64,000 nucleotides of DNA from a virus: the IMG/VR virus record IMGVR_UViG_3300009159_000053, positions 1 through 64,000 of that record; one strand, 5' to 3'. The notes beneath the pieces are model-generated. The model saw only the letters and a list, made by a program, of their open reading frames with translations, searched no databases and was not told the DNA's origin. The position numbers were made by a program, and so were the translations under genes. Below are positions 34,404 to 44,939 of the stretch, piece by piece (within the stretch, counting starts at the first letter, position 1; each line of letters begins with the position of its first letter).

Positions 34404-35975
34404 TCAAGGTCTCTGTTGTTGTAGGAAACTTATCAGACTTCCCACGGTTAGGTCAATTCCTCCTTTAGAATTGATTCCCGTTCCATCCATTACTGCGTCT
34501 GCTACTGCATTTTTTTGTTGAAGCATTTCAAATTGTCGTTCTTCAATAGAGTCCTTTACAATAATATCTTGAATAATTATGCTTGGCCATCTACTTGATG
34601 CTCGTTTAATTCGTCCATTTCTTTGTACGGCTAAACCCGCAGACCAAGGCAGATCATAGTTTATTAACAAATTTGCAATAGGTAAATCTACACCGTAGCC
34701 ACCTGCATCTGATGAAATAAACACACGACAATCTGGGTCTGTAAGAAACTTTTCTTTACTTGCTTCTTTCTCTTTTGCATTCATACTTCCCGTATATATA
34801 GTCCCACCAGTAACTTCTTTAATTCTAGAAAGCATGCCGACCCAAGATGTAAAGATAACTACTTTTGCTTCTGGATCAGTCTCTAAATGATCAGCCACAT
34901 AACTTTTTAATACATCTAATTTTGGTTGTTTAGTTATGTTTTCTAACAACGAACGTTCTTTTAAACTGTATGCATAGGCACTGCCTTCGCCTTCTTGTTT
35001 TAAAAATTTTTCAGAACTATCGATCAATAAACTGGGATGATCACAAAGCATTCTTAAAGAAGTAATCTTAGACATAATAGAACCCCGCATCATGTCTGCT
35101 GGACCACCTGGCTTACTATCGTGTCCGTAGTGTGCTAGTAAAGAAAAGTTTGCTCCAAGTAATTGTTGTGCTTCATATAATTCTTGACTCAATTCATTAG
35201 CAATTAAGTTGTATAACTCAGAGGTTTTTGTGTCAAAAGAAATTTGAATTGGATCTAGATGAATTGTGTCGGGAAGATAGGGAGCGACGTCTGGATCTGT
35301 TTGTACTTTTCGGACCGACGCTTCTTTCATTTTTGCGTGAAATATATTTAAGTTTCTATACCGTTGAACACCACCAAAGTGATTTCTTACAATAAAAGTT
35401 TGATCAAACAAATCAAATCTTCCAAGTAATTTTGAATCTACAAATTGCATAATGCTATACACCTCTTCTGGTTTACCATTTTCTATTGGGGTGCCCGTAA
35501 GAGCAAATCTAATAGGTACATTTGCAGATAACTTTTTTACAGCCTTTGAACGTTTAGATCTAAAACCTTTAATGGCTGTGGCTTCATCGCACACAACCGC
35601 TCCCCAGTCTTCGTCTTTAATAGAGTCCCAATCATTAACAACTGTTTCATAATTACAAATAATATAATCTGCAGATCGTACTCCACTAAGTTCTCTATCC
35701 CAACGAATTAACCGAGTACTTTTTGAACCGTCTATAACTACGGTTCTTGCGTCAGAAAACTTTTGAATTTCTTTTTCCCATTGATATTTTAAACTAGATA
35801 AAGCAATTATTAAAATAGGTTTAGTTAACTCTCCGTTCTCTTTTAATTTTTCAAGTGCTGCAATAGTCATACAGGTTTTTCCAAGACCCATCTCATATGC
35901 AACAAGCATTCGTTTACGATTAACCATTTTGTCTACTGCTTCGGGTTGATATGGTTTTAAAATTCCTTTAAACAT
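34404..35975 (-). CDS. SNF2-family helicase
   Basis: MGLGKT, DEAT, LTGTPIEN, GVDL, QRNGRI.R. Confidence 0.92.
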   Translation of the reverse strand: MFKGILKPYQPEAVDKMVNRKRMLVAYEMGLGKTCMTIAALEKLKENGELTKPILIIALSSLKYQWEKEIQKFSDARTVVIDGSKSTRLIRWDRELSGVRSADYIICNYETVVNDWDSIKDEDWGAVVCDEATAIKGFRSKRSKAVKKLSANVPIRFALTGTPIENGKPEEVYSIMQFVDSKLLGRFDLFDQTFIVRNHFGGVQRYRNLNIFHAKMKEASVRKVQTDPDVAPYLPDTIHLDPIQISFDTKTSELYNLIANELSQELYEAQQLLGANFSLLAHYGHDSKPGGPADMMRGSIMSKITSLRMLCDHPSLLIDSSEKFLKQEGEGSAYAYSLKERSLLENITKQPKLDVLKSYVADHLETDPEAKVVIFTSWVGMLSRIKEVTGGTIYTGSMNAKEKEASKEKFLTDPDCRVFISSDAGGYGVDLPIANLLINYDLPWSAGLAVQRNGRIKRASSRWPSIIIQDIIVKDSIEERQFEMLQQKNAVADAVMDGTGINSKGGIDLTVGSLISFLQQQRP

Positions 35976-36138
35976 TATCTATTGGCGTTGGAGCAGTTGC
36001 TAAACTGCCACACAAGGCGCACTCCATATCTAACATATATAAAGATACTTCTCCATCTTCAAACATTGCTTTTACATTCCACAAAGTAGAGCCGCAAATA
36101 CATACGTGTAAGGGTTGATCTTTATCTCTTAAGTCCAT
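35968..36138 (-). CDS. small Zn-ribbon protein (56 aa)
   Basis: Hand-translated MDLRDKD...CICGS...CALCGS. Confidence 0.55.
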   Translation of the reverse strand: MDLRDKDQPLHVCICGSTLWNVKAMFEDGEVSLYMLDMECALCGSLATAPTPIDNV

Positions 36139-37070
36139 TATAGGTAAGCGGCTTTTCCATGCAACATGTGTTTTGCAGTTTCTAGTCCAGTCAATATTTC
36201 TGACGGAGTCATATCTCCCACATCTTTTACATCAACACCCGTGTAATTAAAAAACAATAAATCAAAACCATATTTACGAGCATAATCTCGTATTTGTTCA
36301 CAGGCTTTTTTTCCAGCAGGATCATTATCAAATGCGGCTATCACTCTTTTTGCTCTACGAATTATTTTTGCTTGCTCTTCACTCATCATTGCGCCATAAA
36401 TTGATACGGATCCACAAATTCCGACAGAATCTAACCTCACCACATCTAAGGGAGATTCAACCACTATTAATTGTTCCTCGTTTAAATGTTGAACTCCAAA
36501 AACAGTTTTAGATTTTTTAACTCCAGCAGGTTGATTTTTAAAAAATCTCCCTCTAGCGCCTTTTTCTTGCCAACCTAATAATGAAAAGGTTTCGGGATCA
36601 CGAATAGGTAATATCCAGGCTTCATTTGTTTTGTCCCATAAAACTTCATATTTATTTACGGCCTCTCGTGTTAAAAATCTTTTCTTTAGTTCTATGTCGG
36701 GCGGCTCTCCGTATACCGCTAATCTAGCCTCAGACATTGGTATGGTTTCTTCAGCAACAACGTACTGTGGTAACTCTTTAATTCTTTTCATTAAAGAATC
36801 AATAGGAACTTCTGCGGTATCGTCAATGTAGTCTCGTGCATCATGATAATCAATACCTTTTATATCTGAAATTAAAGTATAAATATTTCCTTTATAACCA
36901 CAAGAAAAACAAATGTGAGCGCCTGTTTCAGAATTTATCCACCAAGAAGGCCTGTGATCATCTTTACCTGTTCTTTGTTTATGCATTGGGCATAAACCAT
37001 TAACTTCAGAACCTCTTTGTGCGTGAAGAGGTACCTCTAAAAATAAAAGAATTTTTTCTACATCAATCAC
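36138..37070 (-). CDS. DnaG-like primase
   Basis: CPMH...CFSCG Zn finger; TOPRIM VVES..D, FDND.AG, KDVGD. Confidence 0.9.
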   Translation of the reverse strand: MIDVEKILLFLEVPLHAQRGSEVNGLCPMHKQRTGKDDHRPSWWINSETGAHICFSCGYKGNIYTLISDIKGIDYHDARDYIDDTAEVPIDSLMKRIKELPQYVVAEETIPMSEARLAVYGEPPDIELKKRFLTREAVNKYEVLWDKTNEAWILPIRDPETFSLLGWQEKGARGRFFKNQPAGVKKSKTVFGVQHLNEEQLIVVESPLDVVRLDSVGICGSVSIYGAMMSEEQAKIIRRAKRVIAAFDNDPAGKKACEQIRDYARKYGFDLLFFNYTGVDVKDVGDMTPSEILTGLETAKHMLHGKAAYL

Positions 37071-38317
37071 ACACGGCCCCAATCAGAACAAAATTTGCAT
37101 TTCATCATTTGTTCTTCGTCATGAAAGCAACCTGTTTCCCAACGCCAAGTTAAAGCAGTTTCACTAGGACCACAGTTACGGCTGGCAACAATTTTTAATA
37201 ATCTAATATCTTCATCTTCTTCAACTGGCTCTAATCCTAAAATAACATCAGAGTCTTGAAAGAAAGAAGATGAGTAACCAATTGAGTCGGCAGTAACCTT
37301 TCCAGCACGCATTTTCCATAACAAGGTTTGTGTTGTAATGATGATTGGTTTGTTTACTCTTTGGGCTAACCGTTTTAACGATCGAGTAACATTTGTTATT
37401 GCTTGTGGTGTATTCATTTCTCCACTTACTTCATCCAACATTAAATAAACACCGTCTACAAATACTATGTCTGGTTTTGTTTGCTCAATCTTTGCTGCTA
37501 AGGCTGAGACCGTAATTCCATTTACAGCATCAATTAAATGAAAAGATGGTTCGGTTTCCATTTTATTTAAAATATCTATATACCTATCTTCTTCTGCTGG
37601 TAATAGTTTTCCACGACGTAATCTGCCATGAGAAATATTTGCTCTCATTGCATCGTGTCTTTGTTGTTGTTCATGGTTGTTCATTTCAAAAGATTGAAAC
37701 ATTGGAATAAATCCCTGCATATGAACATTGACAGCCATCTTTAATGCAATCTGCGACTTACCAGTTTTTGGTGGAGCAATTATTGTTATTAATTGACCGC
37801 CTTGTAAACCTGCAGTTGCTTCGTCGATCTTTGAAAAACCAGTAGGAATACCTAAGAACTCTTCGTTCTGTAGGGCTTGATATTCTTTGTAACGTTGTTC
37901 TGTATTTTTAGTTAAATCTATTTCATGTGTGCCAAGAATGCCTTGTTCATTAACCTTGGTAATAGTTGCTTCCATCGCAAGAAGAGCGGCATCGTGATTA
38001 TTGTCCTGTAATTGTTCAACTGCAGTTTCAAGTCCCTGTCGAGTAAGTAATCTGCGACGAAAGTCAACCATGGTATCCAAGAGGTACTCAAGATTGTCTT
38101 GAACATCCAAAACTTTGTAATTGGGATAATGATCTTTGACTGTTACGGCAGTAGGAACTTCGCTGTACTCACCATAGTGTTTACGAACAAATGACCATGC
38201 TTTACGGTTGTCGTCATCTAAAAACCAAGACTCATTAACACCACGCTGTAGTGCTGGAACGATGTCTCGATCACGGATGACCTTACTGACTAAACGATGT
38301 TCGTTGTCAGATGCCAT
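37067..38317 (-). CDS. DnaB-like replicative helicase
   Basis: GIPTGF..ID..T.GL, APPKTGKS, SFEM, FVDG, QDSD. Confidence 0.92.
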   Translation of the reverse strand: MASDNEHRLVSKVIRDRDIVPALQRGVNESWFLDDDNRKAWSFVRKHYGEYSEVPTAVTVKDHYPNYKVLDVQDNLEYLLDTMVDFRRRLLTRQGLETAVEQLQDNNHDAALLAMEATITKVNEQGILGTHEIDLTKNTEQRYKEYQALQNEEFLGIPTGFSKIDEATAGLQGGQLITIIAPPKTGKSQIALKMAVNVHMQGFIPMFQSFEMNNHEQQQRHDAMRANISHGRLRRGKLLPAEEDRYIDILNKMETEPSFHLIDAVNGITVSALAAKIEQTKPDIVFVDGVYLMLDEVSGEMNTPQAITNVTRSLKRLAQRVNKPIIITTQTLLWKMRAGKVTADSIGYSSSFFQDSDVILGLEPVEEDEDIRLLKIVASRNCGPSETALTWRWETGCFHDEEQMMKCKFCSDWGRV

Positions 38318-38330
38318 TTAGTGCCCCCTC

Positions 38331-38747
38331 TTACAAGTTATCTAGTTCTATTCCTGCTGATCCGTATCTTGCTACTCTCCATTGAACATCTACTACGCCA
38401 CGAAGATTAGCACGGTAAGGAAGTTTTCTAACTAACTCACCTGGGTCCTCGTAGAGGTTCCAATAGTTAAATGGATTGACTACTTCTCTTTCTAACTTTT
38501 CAAAGGCTTTTTCAAGTAACTCTTTGGTCCACCCTTGATCAGCATAACCTGCTAACTCTAAAGAGATACCATAATTGTTTGATAACAACCAGAGTTTGTT
38601 AGCACCCTGAAGATTTATTTCCCCTAACTTTAAGCCAACTTTTGTAACTAATAATTTCTTAGTAACTTCTTCTACTAAAGGAATTACTACATCTGTTACA
38701 CAAATGACTTGCGGAGAGGAGACGTTTGATATGTCTCCATTTTTCAT
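38331..38747 (-). CDS. hypothetical protein (degenerate HAD-like)
   Basis: Translationally coupled ORF. Confidence 0.65.
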   Translation of the reverse strand: MKNGDISNVSSPQVICVTDVVIPLVEEVTKKLLVTKVGLKLGEINLQGANKLWLLSNNYGISLELAGYADQGWTKELLEKAFEKLEREVVNPFNYWNLYEDPGELVRKLPYRANLRGVVDVQWRVARYGSAGIELDNL

Positions 38748-39052
38748 AGTACCTCGACTTTAGCATACCTAACTACAAAATCACGAAATGCCTTTGGGTC
38801 AGAGTTGGCTTGTGAGGCTAACTCTTCTGGGATTTCTTCTGGCACAAGGATCGAATAATGTCCGTTGTTCATTCTCATTTTATTGTTAACAAAAGAGACG
38901 TGCTTACACTTTAAACTCTTTTTCCAAACAGGGCAACTACACCTGACTCTTTTTGTTCCAGTATCAACCTCAACCTCAAACACGCCCGCAGCCTGAGAAG
39001 AGATAAACAATTGAACTGTCCGCCAAGGACTATCCATGCTCATCCCTTTCAT
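38744..39052 (-). CDS. SWIM Zn-finger protein
   Basis: CSCP...CKH. Confidence 0.8.
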   Translation of the reverse strand: MKGMSMDSPWRTVQLFISSQAAGVFEVEVDTGTKRVRCSCPVWKKSLKCKHVSFVNNKMRMNNGHYSILVPEEIPEELASQANSDPKAFRDFVVRYAKVEVL

Positions 39053-39771
39053 TGTGCTGCTCTTAAATCTGCACCGACTATTGGAACTCGAATAAAGGCT
39101 TCGTTAGCAAAACTTGCCATTGCTTCCTTATACTCTGCTTCCCAATTCTCTAATTTTACATTGGTTGTAATAATTGTTGGCAGAGCCTTGTCGTATCTAA
39201 GACGTAGTATCTCATCAAATGATGAGTCATCGTACTTAGAACCGTATTCTTTTCCTAAGTCATCGATTACAAGAATTCTTACATTTAACCAATCAAATTT
39301 AGATCTGCCATGAAAGCCATCTATCTCATAGACAGATTGCTTCTTATCCTCAAAGTCAGAATCAAAGGTTGCTTTCTTTCTAGATAAGAATTCAGGATAA
39401 GTCATGTAGTACACAGGCCTAGCGCCAAGACCAAAGTCAGATGCACTCATGCCCAATACTCTTGCAGCATCAGCATCAGTATCAGGAAGGCGGCGAACAA
39501 ACTCCATAGCAGCAACTACTGCGTGGGTCGTCTTACCAATTCCAGGTCCGCCATCAAATAGAAGACCAACTCCATTAACTCCGATATGGCCGATCTGCTT
39601 TATAACCTGACCGCTCACACAGTCATCTATCCACGTACTCACCTCGTCAGGAAAGGATCCCGCTCTGTCCACAAGGTCTTGTGGCTCAAGGCCGAGGAAG
39701 CGACGTGGGATATTTGAGTTACGAAGTAGCCAGTGCTTCTTTAAGGCTGAGAGTTGATTGATGTCATACAT
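39049..39771 (-). CDS. DnaC/IstB-like helicase loader ATPase
   Basis: IPRRF, GGPGIGKT, LVIDDLGKE, RY..PTIITTN. Confidence 0.88.
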   Translation of the reverse strand: MYDINQLSALKKHWLLRNSNIPRRFLGLEPQDLVDRAGSFPDEVSTWIDDCVSGQVIKQIGHIGVNGVGLLFDGGPGIGKTTHAVVAAMEFVRRLPDTDADAARVLGMSASDFGLGARPVYYMTYPEFLSRKKATFDSDFEDKKQSVYEIDGFHGRSKFDWLNVRILVIDDLGKEYGSKYDDSSFDEILRLRYDKALPTIITTNVKLENWEAEYKEAMASFANEAFIRVPIVGADLRAAQ

Positions 39772-40055
39772 CGTCGTCTTCAAACTCATACTCATACATA
39801 CCGCCATAGCGCATGCCTACATTTAGGATCCAGGAACCAATCATTATCATTACATCGCCAAAAAATCTAAGCGCTCTATTATTAGTTGGATAAATTAATC
39901 TGTTACTCATCTGACCCTCTGTCTACTATGACCTTTTCCCAATCGGTATTACAAGAGTAACACTTAAAATCCATATTCATGCTACCTCGTTCAACTGCTA
40001 CGCCTTGTGTCTTGTCTTTACAAGAAGGGCAAAAGAAACTGAACTCGAGCATTAT

Positions 40056-40337
40056 TTAAGATCTAAAAGTTACAACGCCAACAAATGATGTTGGCTTTCC
40101 TTTAGCGTCTTTTCCTTCGCCTGCAATCATCTTCACGCTCTTGCGTGGTGTAAGTGCTTGCACTTGGCTTTTGACCCAGCGCTTGCCTGCTGATGCGTTT
40201 GACCATGCAGCCATGTTCAGTGTCTCTGTGCCATCTATACCTTCAGTTGTTACACTGATGATAGCCATCCATGCGCCACCCTTTTCAACATTTTTATTTA
40301 GATGTGCACTAAATGTCTTTACTACCTTTTTAGCCAT
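40056..40337 (-). CDS. hypothetical protein
   Basis: AAGGAG RBS; coupled to the initiator gene. Confidence 0.65.
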   Translation of the reverse strand: MAKKVVKTFSAHLNKNVEKGGAWMAIISVTTEGIDGTETLNMAAWSNASAGKRWVKSQVQALTPRKSVKMIAGEGKDAKGKPTSFVGVVTFRS

Positions 40338-41316
40338 TTACATTCTCCTTTAGTCGTTTTTCGTATCTTGCTAGTTGTGCTCTACCAGAAAGTGAATTCT
40401 GGAAAGTACGTCCATCACTTGCTTGCATTGTTCCCATCTTAACTGATGTATCTATTGGGGCGTTAATTTTATTAAGACCAAGGTTCTCTCTGGCTTGATT
40501 CATCTTCTTCCCAAAAGAAGCAAGGTACATCTTATACAGCATAGGTGCTTCATCGCCAATGTTCTTAAAGTTTCTCTCATCTGCCATAAACAGACGGAGT
40601 AACTCTAACTCAATGAGGGCGTTGGTTTCGTATTGCTTTCTAAATTTAGCGAGGGCTCCTGAGAGTTGTTTGACGCTAACTGTTCCAGGGAGTAAGGGGT
40701 ACTTGCGCCCGACACGATAAGAAAACTCTGCAGCGACATCCATTGGAGTCCACTCATGCTCTGGTCGTCGTCCCCTAGTCTTAGGATCGGATTTTCTGAT
40801 CTTAGGGCCTGGAACATCTTTCGGTTCGACGAGTCCAAAGCCTGCCAGATTATCTCCATCATCTTGATATTGTCTCATAGGTACTCGTATCTCTTTCATT
40901 AGAATCCCTTTGGATTCAGAATCTTTTAATTTATTACTATCTTTACTATTAGGTACTAATGACTTATTAGTCATACTACTATGTGACTTATAGTCATGTG
41001 AGGTGCGGTAATTTTCAGTGCGGTAATCTACTGCATCCTTTTCTGTAGTGCGGTAATTTTCCACCACTTCATACCAGTCCATACCTTTAAAACCATTAGC
41101 CCTCTTGCTGGGAGTTCTAATAAGTAGCCCATGCTTCTCTAAGGCTTTGAGAGCACTTCTAACGGTTCGGTCAGAAGTTTTGTTAGTCTGTCTACACAAC
41201 TCCTCTACTGAGGTCTTAAAACGGTCTTTGGAGCCCGATAAATGGCAAATTACAGCAAGCAGTCGGAACTGATAATCGGTAAGGGGAACTGAATAAGCCT
41301 CTAAAGGGATTTTCAA
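40330..41316 (-). CDS. replication initiator-like protein with N-terminal winged HTH
   Basis: SVEELC...SDRTVRSALKALEKHGLL; internal iteron-like repeats; upstream of the DnaC-like loader. Confidence 0.75.
   Translation of the reverse strand: MKIPLEAYSVPLTDYQFRLLAVICHLSGSKDRFKTSVEELCRQTNKTSDRTVRSALKALEKHGLLIRTPSKRANGFKGMDWYEVVENYRTTEKDAVDYRTENYRTSHDYKSHSSMTNKSLVPNSKDSNKLKDSESKGILMKEIRVPMRQYQDDGDNLAGFGLVEPKDVPGPKIRKSDPKTRGRRPEHEWTPMDVAAEFSYRVGRKYPLLPGTVSVKQLSGALAKFRKQYETNALIELELLRLFMADERNFKNIGDEAPMLYKMYLASFGKKMNQARENLGLNKINAPIDTSVKMGTMQASDGRTFQNSLSGRAQLARYEKRLKENVNG
41003..41061. repeat. iteron-like repeats, candidate replication origin
   Basis: GTGCGGTAAT(TTTC) at 41003, 41018 and 41048 (15-bp phase); AT-rich tract at ~40915-40975. 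Confidence 0.7.
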
Positions 41317-41903
41317 GGGGTGTCTTCCTTAAAGGGGGATATGTCTTTGCCCCCATCTCCCTCTTCAATGCGCTTGGCTACTTCAATGGCTAACACATCA
41401 AGCACCGTGGTCATTATGTAGTCAGCCATGTGTTCCACAAAGACACCCATACTATCCATCATTGCGGTATACAGTTCGTCAGTTCCTACCTCTGAGTAAT
41501 CAACCTCAATCTTATCTAATCCTTCTGAGATATCCCAGACCTCTATACCAAAATCTTCAACAGCGCCAAGTATTAGATGAGCCTGTGTCGAGTTGTCCCA
41601 CGCTATTCCAATTACATCATTAGGAGTTATCTGGCGAATAATTTCTTTTACTGGGTTATCGGTAATAACTATGTCATCCGCAGCAATGAGTAGATGATCT
41701 ATTTCAAAAGCATTTACTATAAAGCAAGTTATCTTTATAGAGTGCTTCTTACATACCTCTATAACACTCTCAGCAAAATGGTTTTCATTTCCCGTTACTG
41801 GAATAAAGACCTTTAACTCATTAGTTGCGCCGTATTTATTAATGAGGGCTTCCATACCCTCATCAACACATACGTCTTCAAAAGAGATAACTCCTATATT
41901 CAT
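41313..41903 (-). CDS. hypothetical acidic protein
   Basis: AGGAGG RBS. Confidence 0.7.
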   Translation of the reverse strand: MNIGVISFEDVCVDEGMEALINKYGATNELKVFIPVTGNENHFAESVIEVCKKHSIKITCFIVNAFEIDHLLIAADDIVITDNPVKEIIRQITPNDVIGIAWDNSTQAHLILGAVEDFGIEVWDISEGLDKIEVDYSEVGTDELYTAMMDSMGVFVEHMADYIMTTVLDVLAIEVAKRIEEGDGGKDISPFKEDTP

Positions 41904-41910
41904 ACGCCTC

Positions 41911-42189
41911 CTACAGTTGTGATAAACGAGTAGGTGATTTAATCACTACTGGTTTGTTTAAGTACATTCCTATTGCTAAAGATACAAAAGTTGCTGCAGG
42001 AACTAAAACAAAAAAATCATAATACAAATCCATTTGCGCCCAAAGACCTAAGAAACTTAGAGGTAGCGCAAAGTATTTGTTTAAGGTTGGCTTAGTAATA
42101 AAGCCAGAAATAAATAGATCTAGAAATTCAATTACGTAAGTAACTGCCATTCCTGTGAGTAATACTGGGATAACTATGTCTGTAGTCAT
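41911..42189 (-). CDS. membrane protein, holin-like
   Basis: Two to three hydrophobic helices; follows the tail genes. Confidence 0.55.
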   Translation of the reverse strand: MTTDIVIPVLLTGMAVTYVIEFLDLFISGFITKPTLNKYFALPLSFLGLWAQMDLYYDFFVLVPAATFVSLAIGMYLNKPVVIKSPTRLSQL

Positions 42190-42200
42190 AGCCCAAGATC

Positions 42201-44411
42201 CTACACCGTAGTGGTGGTGTACTCCACTCCATCATAGGTGCGTAATCTCCAGAAGGCATTCTGGGGTACCCAGTCATTCATAGTCTTACCTAATCTAGGA
42301 ACTTTTTTAGGTTTATTTGGGTACAAATGGGTATAAGAAGCATCATCAGTTCCTTCCCAAACCGCTCCATACTCTGAAGGCAATGACCCATCAAAGTAAT
42401 CTGTGGCTATCTGAGACTGTTCAAACTGAATCAAATCAAGAAAAATGGTTCCAGCGGTAGTTCCATAAAAAGAAACCTTGGCATAAGAAGCATTTGATGC
42501 GGAATCTGTTAATCCAGTTAAAGTAAAATTTGCAAAAGATGTGGTTACAGATATAACTTCAGTTACCGTTTCTACAACAGAATCAGCATCATTGTAAAAA
42601 GTAATTTTTAAATTTGCAGATAAAGCGGCCAACGCTTTTATGGATGCAGATAATGTGTAATATTTTCCAACAGTAATAGGTATCTCATAGTCAGTAGTAA
42701 TACTCCATGGGTTTGTTACTACAAATCGACCACTGTAATCTCCTGAATATCCATATGTTGGAACACTAGAGTTTTGTGTAAAGGTTGCCCCACTTAATGC
42801 CCACGTAGTTGAGTTGACCTCAAAAGATGGATTTTTAATATAGTTTGTTTTTAAAGGAAGTAAAAACACATCAATTGCACGTGCTTCATCGTAAGCAACA
42901 ACGGCGCCCTCCTGCATACAGACCTGGTCTATATAATAAGTACCAGCAGCGCTGTAATCAATTGAAATTCCTGCATAACTAGAGTCTGCATCAGACGTTG
43001 CAGTTTTGCTTGCAGACTTCCACGTATTATTAGCAGCAACAGCAGTAGAACTTTTTGCTGCTGATGTAGGTTGTCCATCTTTATTGTAAAATGTAACTGA
43101 TAAAGTTATATTTCCCGCACTTGCTGGAGACTTTAATTTACAAGAAACAGTGTACTCAGTGTTTGGTAATACTGGAACACCTTGTGTAATTACATTGCCA
43201 CCTCCCACAACTGCAATAACTGAACCATTAAGAGCAGAAGCGTTATAAGAAGTAGTTGCAACTGTTGTTACATTAAACTGATTACTTGCTGGAACAGTAG
43301 TGATAGAATATGTTCCATTAAAATCTGAAGTTAATCCTGAAAGAATAACTGTTTGACCTACTGAATACCCGTGGTTTGCAACAGCAACTTGAAGAACGGT
43401 TGTACCTGCATTTCGTTGTAAACCAGTTACTGTTTTTGCGGTTGGGTTTGCATAACCCAAAGCCATACTGCCTGCGGCTGATGCAACTACTTTTCCAGTC
43501 TTTGTTGTGTCAATTTGGTTTGTATTTGAGTCAGGAACTTGTTCAGTGCTAGAGGTTAGCACTGCGTTACTAACAATCCAATTTCCAACTCCTCCATAAA
43601 AAGTCGAGTCTTGAACTGTTAATAATAAGTTTTCAGAAACAGTAATAGTTGGTTCAAATCCAGTCAATGATTCAGCATATGTTTCAATACCGTTTTGAGT
43701 TCCTTTATGAGTATACATATAAAGGGCTTCACGAATTAATCTTTTTTGATTTTTAACTGGCAAAGCAGATTCTGAAAGTAATCCGTAGTTTGTAACTTCT
43801 GCTGGTATTAATTCAAAAGGAGTTTCTAACCCCGTATGTCTTGGCTTTAATAGATCAATCAAAGTGTATAATTCTTCTTGAGCAAAAGTTAATCCCGACA
43901 TAAATTTATAAAGGTCAGAATCTACATCAACTGCTCCCAAGGGTTCTTGAGATTTGCTTGTAAAAACTCTTGGAATAGTTGCCATAAACCTATCTTGTAT
44001 ACCGTGGTCTGACGGAACAATTGCTGTAATAGAACCAGCAACTTTCCAGACTAAAGTATTAGTAAACAAAAACATTCTGTAATAAACTTGTCTGCCAGGA
44101 ACTAAAGGTATATCTGTTGGGTTATCTTCTCCATCAATAATTGATGTTCTACTAACAGTTCCTTCTGTTGCAAATTCATCATAAATAATTACGCCGTCTT
44201 CAGAAGTTTCGGGAAATCCTGCTTGATTTCTTACAAGTCTTATGCGAGTAAATTCACCTCTAGGGGTTTGCCATTCAACAAGCACTTTCGAAAAAGAAGA
44301 CACCGTAGATAGTTCTGTTGCCAATACTGACATTGGTTGAACAGAGAATCTAAGATTAACAAAAGACCCATAACTAGATGAGCCGTAATAATTTACGCCA
44401 TATTTTGCCAC
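42201..44411 (-). CDS. baseplate wedge/tail protein (gpI/gp7-like) with carbohydrate-binding-like domains
   Basis: RLIREALYMYTHKGT..GI; NPSFE CBM-like repeat; YFDG. Confidence 0.75.
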   Translation of the reverse strand: MAKYGVNYYGSSSYGSFVNLRFSVQPMSVLATELSTVSSFSKVLVEWQTPRGEFTRIRLVRNQAGFPETSEDGVIIYDEFATEGTVSRTSIIDGEDNPTDIPLVPGRQVYYRMFLFTNTLVWKVAGSITAIVPSDHGIQDRFMATIPRVFTSKSQEPLGAVDVDSDLYKFMSGLTFAQEELYTLIDLLKPRHTGLETPFELIPAEVTNYGLLSESALPVKNQKRLIREALYMYTHKGTQNGIETYAESLTGFEPTITVSENLLLTVQDSTFYGGVGNWIVSNAVLTSSTEQVPDSNTNQIDTTKTGKVVASAAGSMALGYANPTAKTVTGLQRNAGTTVLQVAVANHGYSVGQTVILSGLTSDFNGTYSITTVPASNQFNVTTVATTSYNASALNGSVIAVVGGGNVITQGVPVLPNTEYTVSCKLKSPASAGNITLSVTFYNKDGQPTSAAKSSTAVAANNTWKSASKTATSDADSSYAGISIDYSAAGTYYIDQVCMQEGAVVAYDEARAIDVFLLPLKTNYIKNPSFEVNSTTWALSGATFTQNSSVPTYGYSGDYSGRFVVTNPWSITTDYEIPITVGKYYTLSASIKALAALSANLKITFYNDADSVVETVTEVISVTTSFANFTLTGLTDSASNASYAKVSFYGTTAGTIFLDLIQFEQSQIATDYFDGSLPSEYGAVWEGTDDASYTHLYPNKPKKVPRLGKTMNDWVPQNAFWRLRTYDGVEYTTTTV

Positions 44412-44423
44412 TAGGGAATCCCC

Positions 44424-44873
44424 TTAACAGCCAGCGAGTAAGAAAGAACTAATTGTTTCTCCTGTTGCGTTAACCGCAGCCCAAGAGGCGGCTGTTCCGT
44501 TAGTGGTTAAATAGTACCCACTATTTCCTGTTTGAGAAGGTAACGCATTAATTGTAGTCCAAGAAGTTGCATAATCACTACCAGATGATTTAGTTAATAC
44601 TTGACCTGTAGATCCACCACTGGGCACTGCTCCCCAGACATCTGTTAACCCGTACTCAATATTAGTAATTCTATCTTTTAAAGTATTCCAAGCCGTGGTT
44701 ACGGTGTCATAGTTACCTACACCACCAGAGCCTGTCTTTATATTAGTTCCGAGGTTAGCCTGTATAGAATTTACTTCTTCTTGAAGGCTATTAACGTGTT
44801 CGGCCAGAACGGTATCAGTAAAGTCAACTTTTGTAGTAAAAGACTTTACCGATGCTGGATATGATGCTGTCAC
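44424..44873 (-). CDS. small tail/fibre-associated protein
   Basis: AEHVN.LQEE; GG.TGQVL.K and LPSQTGNSG.YLTTNG fibre motifs. Confidence 0.65.
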   Translation of the reverse strand: MTASYPASVKSFTTKVDFTDTVLAEHVNSLQEEVNSIQANLGTNIKTGSGGVGNYDTVTTAWNTLKDRITNIEYGLTDVWGAVPSGGSTGQVLTKSSGSDYATSWTTINALPSQTGNSGYYLTTNGTAASWAAVNATGETISSFLLAGC

Positions 44874-44939
44874 TTAATTTCCTCTCAGACCTAACGGTCT
44901 ATTTTCTCTTGTTTGTCTCCTATTTACTGTCTTAACTCC

